Position numbers and translations under genes: made by a program
Notes under the pieces: generated by a model
What the model was told of the DNA's origin: nothing
Databases searched by the model: none
The model's input: only the letters and a program-made list of their open reading frames with translations
From: the human T2T-CHM13v2.0 reference genome, Homo sapiens
Length of the DNA stretch: 64,000 nt
NCBI RefSeq assembly: GCF_009914755.1
Contig: NC_060928.1
Reading direction: 5' to 3' (one strand)
In this document: positions 13,280 through 23,399 of the stretch, one piece after another
Position numbering within the stretch: position 1 is the first letter of the stretch
Layout: each line of letters starts with the position of its first letter

Positions 13280-13710
13280 AATTGCTCTAATTTTAGAGAC
13301 TAAATTTTCCAACCTTCCTTGTGGCCAGGCATGGCCATGTGACTAAATTCTCATCAGGGAAATGTGAGCAGAAGTGATGTGTCTAACCTCCATGTCACTT
13401 CTTCAAAAGGAACTCCTATGCACAATCCTTCCTTCTTTTCTCCCCTCTTCTGGGTTCAGTATGTACATGGTATTGGGGAGTCAGCTTGCTTCAGTGAATA
13501 AGAGCAACATTTGAGGAGATGACAGGGCACCTAGAAAGATGGAACAAGGCTCTCTGGATGATTTTATGTAGCAGAACCACCTTCCTATGTTTGTGGGTCT
13601 GTGTTCTTGTGGGTTGTTATGTGAGAGAGAAATAAGCCTATATTGGTTGAGCCACTGTCTTTGGGGGTCTCTTTTGAAAGCCACCAGCCTATTCTAGGTT
13701 TAGTGTGACC
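13280..13710 (+). mobile_element. MLT1J/K-like LTR
   Basis: GGCCATGTGACTAAATTCT...AATGTGAGCAGAAGTGATGTGT...TTATGTGAGAGAGAAATAAGCC. Confidence 0.75.
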
Positions 13711-16068
13711 TAATGAAAACAGCCAATTTATGTCTAATATTCCTGGCTAGTTCAGATATAAGAACCAGGAGTGATTCCAGCATCTCAGGGAAGGGGGAGA
13801 AGGAGGGATTCTGGGAGTAATTGTTGGGAAAGTTGGGGATGAGGGCAGTAAAATTTCAGTAGTAGTATTTAAGAATGAGAATTTGTTAGTCTATGACATG
13901 CAGGGGTAAGACAATGACATTTTAGGGGTCTGAGTAGCCACTGCCACTGAATAGCATAGGTGGAAAGAGTCACACAAGGAGGCTATGGGGTGAAGTAATT
14001 AATACTAACAGTCAGGAGTAGCTTAAATAAAGAAAATAACAAACTCAAATCACTAAATTCTCAGCCCAAAGCACAGTTAGAAAAAAAGGGAGTCATATAT
14101 AACTATGCTAAAATAATCTCTTGCAGCAGGGCCAAAATAGCTGCAAACCAAATGCAATGGTTAATTCTGAATTTTGCTTTGATCTGTTGAATTCTCAGGC
14201 TTGTCAGTAGAACACTGAACATAAAAATGTGGAACCCTGATCACTGAAATGGGGATATATGGAAGGATTCAGAGGCCTCATAAGGTTTTGATCCTCCAAT
14301 TGCTGCTGCCCCTCTGAGGGTCACGGAGGAACATATATCCATAGGTCACAGTTCATGAATCCCTACAAAGAAGCTAGTCTTTGCAAATTCTAGTGAATTT
14401 TAACAGCATAAAGTGGAAAAAGTCTGTCTATGTCCTGATGAGCATCAACTGTGAAGAGGCTGTTCTTGTCTTATTTGAAAACCCTGTAAGAACCTCTCTG
14501 AGGACTTACTCTACAAGGACATGTCAATTCTTTACTTCCACATTCCTAATTTCCTTCATTTTCCACAGTGCCATAATTAAAATGCCAACATGCCTGTGTA
14601 TATGGTGGTCGTGGGGCAGTTACAAAGTCAAATATCAAAGGAAAAGGCTTTCTAAAAAAAAAGAATATTTTTTCCTACTTTATGTTAGCAAAAATATCTG
14701 TGGAATATGATTGGGTAATGGATTATGGGGTGCTAGGTCAAGGAGGGTGAGAACATACATTTAAATGGAGACGAATTTATCTAGATCTTGGGAGGGGGGC
14801 AGTGATATTCCAGGGCTTTCACTAGGTTCTTCCCAAAGAATTAATCAAACCAATCTAAAATTCATGAGGAAACTGCAAAGATTAGTGATAAATTAAGTGT
14901 TGGAAGCATATAGTAGCTTTGTATCCCCATATAGCTTTCTGATTTGACTAGGGCAGGACATGGATGGATCTTAGCAGAGTAGATTATTGTAAACTTAATC
15001 AGCTGATGACTGTAACTGCAGCTTCTACTCCTGATGAAGTCTCCTTACTAAAGAAAATCATTAGAGCCTAAACGTGCAGTCACTACTTTTGTTTATTTTT
15101 TTTCTATTCCAAGGCCAGAAAGTGTAATGACAGGCTCTGCAGACCATAAGGAATCTGTCATATCTACCCAGCTCTGCCATTGCAATATGAGAGCCATAGA
15201 CCATGCATAAACAAATGGACGTGGCTGTGTTCTAATTAAATTTTATTTACAAAATGAGCAGTAAGTGCCCCAGTAGCAACAAGCACATCCAGTTCTCAGA
15301 TCCTGGTTTCTAATATCATTCTTCAATAAAAGGAACTAGGGATCCTTGGAGAAATGACTGACTCTAGGACTGGGGTGAGAAATATACCACATGGGCCCAG
15401 ATCATCTAATTACACCAAAAAGTAAGGATGTGCTCACAAATAACAAAAAGCAAAACAAAACAAAAAACTAAGAAAAAACCATCACCAACAAAAACACACA
15501 CACACATCGATGGGGGTATGTCATTAGGAGCCAACCAAAAGAGCTCTTAATGGCCAAAGCTGAGACAATTTGAGCAATAAAATAAAGTAGCATTGGATTA
15601 TGGCTCAAAGTATAAAGTAAATATCCAAGATTCCATACTGATACAAATACATGATTTAATAAACTAACAAGTGAGAAGAAGAGACAATCTCTCATGCAGA
15701 AGAATTCCAAATATAACACATAGATACTCTGTCTTAAAGGAGGGAGAGCATAACTCCCCACTCAAGTGTGGGCTGTGCATAGTGACTTCTCTCCCTAGAA
15801 TACAGTAAGGAGAGGCAGAAAGAAGTAACTTTACAGTGGAGAAACCTGACATGCACTATTTCAGCCAGGTGTTTGAGGTCAATATCGACAGTCATACATC
15901 ATGTTGGTAATATGTACCCTTGATATGATGTGATGAAAAGGGCACTTTAAATTTGTGATCTTTCCCCAAAATCCACAACACCGTTCGAATTGTGAGAAAA
16001 TCATCAGAAAAACTCCAATAGAGGAACATTGTGCAATATACCTAACCACTACTCAAAACTGCCAAGGT

Positions 16069-16191
16069 GAACCTGGTGCAGTGGTGAGCTCCTGTATTCC
16101 CAGCTCCTTGGGAATCTGAGGCAAGTGGAACACTTGAGCCCAGGAGTTCAAGATCAGACTAGGCAACACAGTAAAACCCTGTCTCAAAAAG
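16069..16191 (+). mobile_element. FLAM Alu monomer
   Basis: Single monomer with a perfect 14-bp TSD AAAACTGCCAAGGT at 16055 and 16192. Confidence 0.9.
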
Positions 16192-16353
16192 AAAACTGCC
16201 AAGGTCATCAAAAACAAGGAAAATCTGAGAAAATTTCATAGTCAAAGTAGCCTAACGAAATGTGACAAATAAATGTAATGTGGTATCCTGGATGGCATCC
16301 TGGAACAGAAAAAGGACATTAGGTCAAAATTAAGGAAGTCTGAAGAGAATGGA

Positions 16354-16618
16354 TGGAAAGGGTCACACAAGGACTGTGAGGTGGTACGGTTAATACGAAC
16401 AATCAGGAGAGGTTTAAATAGAGAAAATAACAAACTCAAATCACTAAATTCTCAGCCCAAGGCACAGTTATGAAAAAAAGGAATCATATATAACTATTCT
16501 AAAATAATCTCTTGCAGCAGGGCCAAAATAGCTGCAAACCAAATGCAATGGTTAATTCTGAATTTTGCTTTGATCTGTTGAATTCTCAGCCTTGCCAGTA
16601 GAACATTGAATATAAAAA
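16354..16618 (+). repeat. Direct copy of 13961-14227 inserted in the L1
   Basis: About 265 bp direct repeat with a 91-bp identical core (14108-14198 = 16499-16589). Confidence 0.95.
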
Positions 16619-18208
16619 GGATTATTTAGTAATAGTATATCAATCTATGTTAATTGTAACAAATGTACCATATTAATATAAAATGTTAATAACAGGAGAA
16701 ATTATGGGTATACTGGCAACTCAACGTGCTCTCTGCTCAATTTTTCTGTAAATATAAAACTACTCTAAAAATGCAAGTCTATTAATAAAAATTATAAAAG
16801 GCAGCAAGGCAGATTTTGCCTTCAGACTCTACTTTGCTGACCCCTGCTATATTCCATTAAGCAGAGAAAACAGTCAAGTTTGCTTTCACCTGGTGGGAAC
16901 AGCAGAATACCTTTATTATTTTGTCTCAGAGTTACATCAAATCTCAGGTTTTATACCACAATACGGGAGATCAGTGCCTTGAACATCCCATCATCCTATA
17001 AAACATCATTGGATCATAGGTACACTAAATTGATGACATCATGCTGACAGGAGTTGAAGAGCAGAAATTAAGAGCTACTCTCAATGCCATGGTAAGATAC
17101 ATGTCTATAAGAGGGAAGGAGATATATCCTATAAAAGTGCAAGAAGGAGCCTACCCTTTCAATAAAGTTTCCAGGAATTTGATAGTCCCAGGATATTGGA
17201 ATTTCTTCTTCAAAGGGAATGCCAGATTGGTACATGTTGTAGCCCCTACCTATTAAAATGGTACACTCTGGGGAGCTTTGGATTTTGTAGACAGTATTTT
17301 ACATTCAAATGTGTTACTCTGAGCCATTTACAAGGTGACCTGAGAAGTTGCTTAGGCTCTTACAGGATGCAAAGAATAAAGAATAATCCATTATCTCAGT
17401 TAACAGAGCTTATTGTAAGATTACCAGGAAAGTACGAAAACTCAGAAAAAATGAAAATAACTCAAGCTAAGCCACCAGAGAATTAAATATTATGGCTATT
17501 TGGGACACAATGAAAAGTTTTATAATAACGTCTACTGACTCTAGCAGCTGGCTGTGCTCCTGATTCCGGTCTTCCATTCTGCTTATCTGCACTCATTTTT
17601 TCTTCGCTAGGACTAATTCTCTACCCTCTCTTGGCTTCTGTTTCTGCTCCTGTTACTACTACGATGGAATAACTATTTTTAATCTCTTCTATTTATCTCC
17701 AGGTTTCTGTTTACTCATAACTTCTCCTACCACCCAGTTTTTACTTACTGCCTTCTTCGTGTGTGTGTCTTGGCCTCTCCAGCCTGCTGACTCTCTGAAT
17801 GCTTTGCGTTCAGTCTCTCAAAAAGAGTTTCTGATTGGACTCTTCACTTCTGTCCAATGTCCTTTTATGGCAGAGCTCTTGTGCTGGCCTCCCTCAGGGA
17901 GCCCTGGACAACTTCTAGATAGCTAACAAACACCCATCACAGGTCCAATCAGCACTGACTGTGGTTGTGACATCACACAATGCCAACACACTGACCTATG
18001 CAAAGGATCTTTCAGAAGAGGCTGCGGTTGTGGTAGACACTCTAAAGCTTCACCATATGGAGGCGTTATAGCCAGGAGGCACCTTTGCTGGCCTGTCCAG
18101 ACAACTGAATTGGTCATTTTGACTAAGGAGGATGACAACCTTTAATACCTTAAAGCATTAAAGGGAAAAAATGAAACTCCTGATGATTTCAGCTTGGAAG
18201 ATGAACTA

Positions 18209-18287
18209 TTAGGTTGGTGCAAAAGTAATTGTGGTTTTGCCATTACTTTAAATGGCAAAAAGCACAATTACTTTTGCACCAACCTAA
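18209..18287 (+). mobile_element. MADE1 (Hsmar1-derived MITE), palindromic
   Basis: TA-TTAGGTTGGTGCAAAAGTAATTGTGG...CAATTACTTTTGCACCAACCTAA-TA. Confidence 0.95.
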
Positions 18288-20439
18288 TAGAAAGCTTTGA
18301 CCTAGAGGAAGGTACTTTAGGAGACTGCCAATCATCAGCATGCTTTCTGTTTCCTTTTCTCTGCTTATCTATGTAAGGTTTTATTCAAAGTGGGTACTCC
18401 TGGTTTATGGTGGGAATATGAGTAGGGTTGTGGAGAAAAAGGATACAGAGGCTTCTAACCCCACGAGTAAGTCTGCTGCCAGTGGTAGCCATACAGTGAG
18501 AATACGATACAATTAGAGTCCATCAGCAGAGTGCTTTATTAGTCCCTGCCTTGGCTGGGTCACGTGTAAGATGATCAACTTCTTGCTGCTTTTTTCTTTA
18601 AAAAAGTTAATCTGAACTTGGCAACTATGTTTTTGTTCGTGGAAACCTGGTTATCCAGCCCGTTGGCACAGCTGGTTTGGGTTTTGATTCCCAGAACTCA
18701 GTCTACAGGCCTTTCCAGCCTCTCTCCAGCATAGATTGCAGCGCTCTGCAAGGTGCAAGTCCTGAAAACACATCATTTGGATTTCCTCTCTCTGGTTAAC
18801 TGTCACAGCCAGCTGCTCTCAATCCCTGGATTCATTTCCTCTTGAATTCTGTGTAATGTTCTCCTTAATCATTCAATGTAAAAAGAAGAAAAACTTTTTC
18901 CTGGTCTTTTTTTTTTTTTTAAATGGGAGAGGCTTTACTGATTTTCTTTTCAATTTGACCAATAATTCCCTTATGCCCACGGATACTCCTTAACAGTTGT
19001 TCTCTTGCTGTTGTCATTTTATATTAATGTTCAGAGAATACTTAATGGAATCTTCCTTCAATAACTACTCATATTGGCTCTTATTTGGTTTGCAATTTTG
19101 AAACCAAAGATCTATGGATTTTAAACCATACACTCCTCAGGCAAGAGGTTATTAAACAATCATTGGTGACTGTATTTAATGTTAAACTTATAATTCAGAA
19201 AGAGGTAGACTGGGTGAATTGAAAAATACCTCAGAGACTCAGAATTAGGTTTCCAAAAAGCAATCATCTGCACTTTTTTTTCAAATGAAAATAGTATCAT
19301 ATCAGGATTAATTCAAGTTAATAGCTAAGAAAATATCAATCTAGGTACTGTACATAGCTTCAATGCCCAGTTTCATTTTGCTACAAGAAACTATATATTT
19401 TATTGGACACGCACACAAAAAGCTTGTCATATTACTCATCACCCCTAGAAGCAGTTCATAGAGCAGCAAAGTAATGTTGCTAACAAGAAGCAGTTTTCTG
19501 TAGTAGACAGCAATTCTTATCCTGTCATGGATTTATCTTATTATTGACAGCAAATTTGGCTGGCATTTACCAGAATTGATGCTTTACCCAGCCCCATACC
19601 AGAGCTGGAACATAAAATAGGCTTATACCACACTTAATGTCACTCACGTATTTCCTCTGTTCAAAGTCACATCCCTTTTCTGATCTGAATGATGAAGGAG
19701 GACGTTTAAAACATAGACATCTCTATGCTTTATTATAGAGTAGTTTGTAAGTACTGTTTACAGTGCCAACACATGAGGAGGCAGCAGCAACTACTTTAAT
19801 ATGATTAAAGGTAGCAGTATTTGCTACAACAAATGAGTTCTAACATTGGCCACCAGAGTTGTTTTTTTTTTTTCTTGGTGTCTGGCTTACTTTCTACTTA
19901 ATTTGTTCAGGAAAACACCAGGTCAATTTGTATTATAAGAATTTGCCTAGCTCACAAATGATCCCATAAGGAGTGGGCATTCTATTTTTTCTAGTTCTGA
20001 TGTTTCTGTAATCTTTTTAAGACATGTTGTATCATAAAGCTTAATGTGCATCTCATTTCTTTAAAGTCGCTTGAGGGATGAGCTATCAATGAGAATCTGG
20101 AGATGTATATAGAAGCAGTAACCATTAAAGGTTGTGTGAGTAACTGGGCTCAGGGTATGCAAATAGGCAAGGAGTGGGATGCGCCCCTCAGTGAGCAAGT
20201 TCGTGGTTGTCTGAAGCTACTGCGACGGGGAGCCTCTTGGGGTCAGTGGAGAGGCTGATGAAGCAGAGACAACTCCAGAAAAGATGATGCCTGCCACTGA
20301 GGCCATCGGGATGATGGTGGGAGGAGGAACAGAGTCCACCTTACAAAAGAGGAGGAAGAAATAGGGCCTCTTGAAAGGAAAAGTCTTTCTAGCTGGCCAT
20401 TGACTGTGACTTGGAAAAAGGCACAGGACCAAGAAAAGT

Positions 20440-20760
20440 GAGTCAATGCTCTTCTCTCTGCCTGGAATATATCCCCATCCCTGTACCTAGTTAACTCCTA
20501 CTCCCCCTGCAGTTCCCACTTTAAATGCCACTTCCTCTATAGCTGTTAATGTTGTCCTTTTTTTTAGTACTTTTCTTTCATAGCACTGTTCACAGTTTAC
20601 AGTGATATATTATTTGAGTGTTGATTTGAGAGATGGTGTTGATTTAAATGATTTATTAATCATTCAGTAAGTGGTTATTGTACACTTACTTTGTGTTGAG
20701 TACATAAGGTGTTAGAGATATTTGGTGAATGACAAAATAAATGAGTGAATGATGTAAGAA
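20440..20760. mobile_element. L2 3' fragments in both orientations
   Basis: CTCTGCCTGGAAT...TTAAATGCCACTTCCTC on +; CATTCAGTAAGTGGTTATTGTACACTTACTTTGTG on -. Confidence 0.5.
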
Positions 20761-20874
20761 TTTGATTTCCAGGGACCCAGGGCTATTGAAATCTCCAGAA
20801 GAAAAATGAAGAAACCAGTTTTGCAAGACAGCTTGATGTCCCTGGGGAGGAATTTTGTGTATCAAATAAAGGAA

Positions 20875-21183
20875 GGCTGGGTGCGGTGGCCTCATGCCTA
20901 TAATCCCAGTACTTTAGAAGGCCAAGGAAGGAGGATCACTTGAGCCCAGGAGTTCAAGTCCAGCCTGAGCAACATAGGGAGACCCCATCTATAAAAAAAA
21001 AAAAAATTAAAAAAATTAGCCCAGCTTGGTGATGCGTGCCTGTGGTCCCAGCTACTTGGGAGGCTGAGGTAGAAGGATCATTTGAGCCTGGGAGGTCAAG
21101 GCTACAGTGAGCTGCACTCCAGCCCAGGCAACAGAGCAAGATCTTATCTCAAAAATTAAATTAAATTAAATTAAAATTAAAAT
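20875..21183 (+). mobile_element. AluJ
   Basis: GGATCACTTGAGCCCAGGAGTTCAAG (J-type); TSD AAATAAAGGAAG; (AAATT)n tail. Confidence 0.92.
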
Positions 21184-21459
21184 AAATAAAGGAAGACCTT
21201 CTTCAAGAAGGGTCAGAGGTAGAACCTAGGAAAATTGTAGAAATCTTAGAAACTGTAGAATAGAAAAGGCTGGACTGGCACGTGAGCCTGGAGGTTGTAC
21301 TGGGGAGCAGCTTTTGGGAAGGCTTTGACAATTCCACCAGGCCCAAGGCATAGGAAGAAAACGTAAGTTCTTATTAGACAAGAAATCAAAGTATTTTGAT
21401 TTTAAAAATAGTTTTCTCCATAAACTGGGCTAGACAACTCCATTTTTGTCTTCTGTTAT

Positions 21460-21977
21460 TATCCAGAAATATGAAGGGCTTGAGATTTTACCCTACTTGC
21501 AAGGTAACACATTGGCTTGTCACAGCATGATTGCTGGCAGAAGACATGAGACTCCTAGATCAGAGACACAGGATTTTATTACTCATAGAAAGCAAGAAGC
21601 ATGAACATCAGCCTATTTGTGTCAGTTATCCTTGCTCTCAAGTCCTATGAGAGAGATTCAGATAGGCCCAGATAGATGCCTGTATATGCAGTAGGTTGCC
21701 TTACAGAAGAGAAACCCTGAGCTTAGGGAACTTGAATCTTTTATATTCGGCAATAAGCATGTGTGATCTTTTCTCCAGAAGGTGACATACATTACCTTTA
21801 TCATTCAAGGCTGTAAGAAAATCTACATTTTTCTCTGGAGGGAGACATATCTTTAAGTTCCAAGGCTGTACGTTGTGCAAATATCCTTGAAAAGATAGTC
21901 TGAAAGAAAGGGCAGTCAATATATGTTTTCAAGATAGTCAGAAATGTAACAGGTCAATAGAAGGTTGTCCCCCAACA
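21460..21977 (-). mobile_element. LTR40a/b (3' LTR of an ERVL-class provirus)
   Basis: GAGATTTTACCCTACTTGCAAG...GCTGGCAGAAGACATGAGACTCC...CCCTGAGCTTAGGGAAC...CCCAACA. Confidence 0.8.
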
Positions 21978-22945
21978 ATATCCACACTTTCTTCTATACT
22001 GTAGTGACTTCTGGAGAATTTTCTCCATCAGTATGCCACTTCATTGGTTAATCTGAGTAATCTGACTGACAGAGGCTGGAAGCAAATTCATTCAATATAA
22101 TCTCATACAGCATTTACGAGGCCACTGTGAGGCTACCACAGTTAAGGCTACTATTAACAGGATGAGAACAACCAGTACTGACCTCAACCATGATCCCCAG
22201 AGTTACAGGCCAAATAGCTAAACACATCTCATAAACTATCCACATCTACCTTAGAAGTCAGGTGGCTTTCTCCTTAAGTTTCCACATTGATGGCCAGAGG
22301 CATTACTCCAGGTACAGCGGGATGCATTACTGATTGCACAGATTCCTCCTTGGCTCATGATGAAGAAATCTAGGGCAATTTTGTCACCCATAACAACTCT
22401 GACCAGTGAGTTCAGGCTAATCTAAATGCCTTCTGAGGCTCAGATGGTAACACTGATTACTTCAGCTAAAGTCAAAGACAATTTTTTTTTACTAACTTTT
22501 CTAATTGGAAGACTCCTGACAATCGATTTCAAAGTGTGCATAAATAACAAGTTATCTTTCCAAGAAGCAACCCCAAGTAACTAAGGGTGGCCTCATTTTG
22601 GAGAGATCCCTACATCATATGAAGGCTACATGATCTACTGATGGTGTTTCCTTAAACACTTGAAGGTCTCTTATGACCATCTCTCCAATCCCTAGGTGGA
22701 AATTTCCATATTTTGGGGAGGAATGCAAGTTAATGCCTGGCTTCCAGCTAAAAGTTGGTACTGGGAGTGCAGCTGGTACCATGGAAAGAATTTTTTTTTA
22801 CAACTGTTGGGGACCCCCAAGTGGGACCCATATCAGTTGGGAGCCACAGGTTGATAATGCCTCAAGTGTGGTTCCTAGTCAATTGGTAAATCTTAGAGTT
22901 CACAGTCTGGTTCAAATTGAGTCTAGTTCCTGTTTTTGGAGAAAA
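21978..22945 (-). pseudogene. Decayed retroviral env (TM subunit) directly upstream of LTR40
   Basis: Minus-strand translation near 22292-22420 is SLNSLVRVVMGDKIALDFFIMSQGGICAISNASRCTWSNASG (ISD plus degenerate CX6CC); hydrophobic WLRSVLVVLILLIVALTVVA near 22130-22190; stops and frameshifts present. Confidence 0.8.
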
Positions 22946-22946
22946 G

Positions 22947-22948
<2 letters not shown>

Positions 22949-22994
<46 letters not shown>

Positions 22995-23003
22995 ATCTAT
23001 CTA
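22949..23003 (+). repeat. (TATC)n tetranucleotide STR
   Basis: 11 perfect TATC units followed by an interrupted tail. Confidence 0.97.
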
Positions 23004-23017
23004 TTGTTGCATAAATA

Positions 23018-23388
23018 CAGCCATGTGCTGTATAATATTTCTGTCAACAACAGACTGCATGTTCTGATAAACATGTATAATAGATAAATCTTATGGGGCA
23101 CAGCAGTGGCCCCATAAGATTATGATACTGTATTTTTACTATGTTTAGATATGTTCAGATACACAAATCCTTACCACTGTGTTGCAACTGACTACAGTAT
23201 TCAGTACAGTAACATGGTGTACAGGCTTCTAGCCTAGGAACAATAGGCTATATCCTATTACATAGGTGTATAGAAGGCTATACCGTCTTGGTTTGTGTAA
23301 GTACACTCTATGATGTGCGCACAACGATGAAATCACTTAATGACGCACTTCTCAGAATGTTTCCCTGTTGTTAAGTGACGCATGACTA
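23018..23388 (+). mobile_element. Tigger3a (MER7A-type)
   Basis: TA-CAGCCATGTGC...TACAGTATTCAGTACAGTAACATG...GTTAAGTGACGCATGACTA-TA. Confidence 0.88.
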
Positions 23389-23399
23389 TATATAGATTA

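Larger units (their letters stand above)
15262..16797 (+). mobile_element. L1MC/L1MD 3' UTR
   Basis: CAATAAAAGGAACTAGGGATCCTTGGAGAAATG...TGTAATGTGGTATCCTGGATGGCATCCTGGAACAGAAAAAGGACATT...TTCTGTAAATATAAAACTACTCTAAAA. Confidence 0.85.
15110..16846 (-). mobile_element. MER58A (hAT-Charlie), split by an L1 insertion
   Basis: 15110-15261 AAATGGACGTGGCTGTGTTCTAATTAAATTTTATTTACAAAA; resumes at 16800-16846 GATTTTGCC...TTTGCTGACCCCTG. Confidence 0.8.
13720..17345 (+). mobile_element. Decayed ERVL-class internal region (gag-pol), interrupted by MER58A, L1 and FLAM
   Basis: RT remnants: GATTATTGTAAACTTAATCAG (DYCKLNQ) near 14982; FAFTW near 16880; VH*IDDIMLTG (degenerate YIDD) near 17020-17052, continuing into ORF 17041..17256. 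Confidence 0.75.

Noticed and set aside
19846-19862. CTCF-like TTGGCCACCAGAGTTG
   Set aside because: The 3' half lacks the GGGCGC/TGGCAG part of the motif
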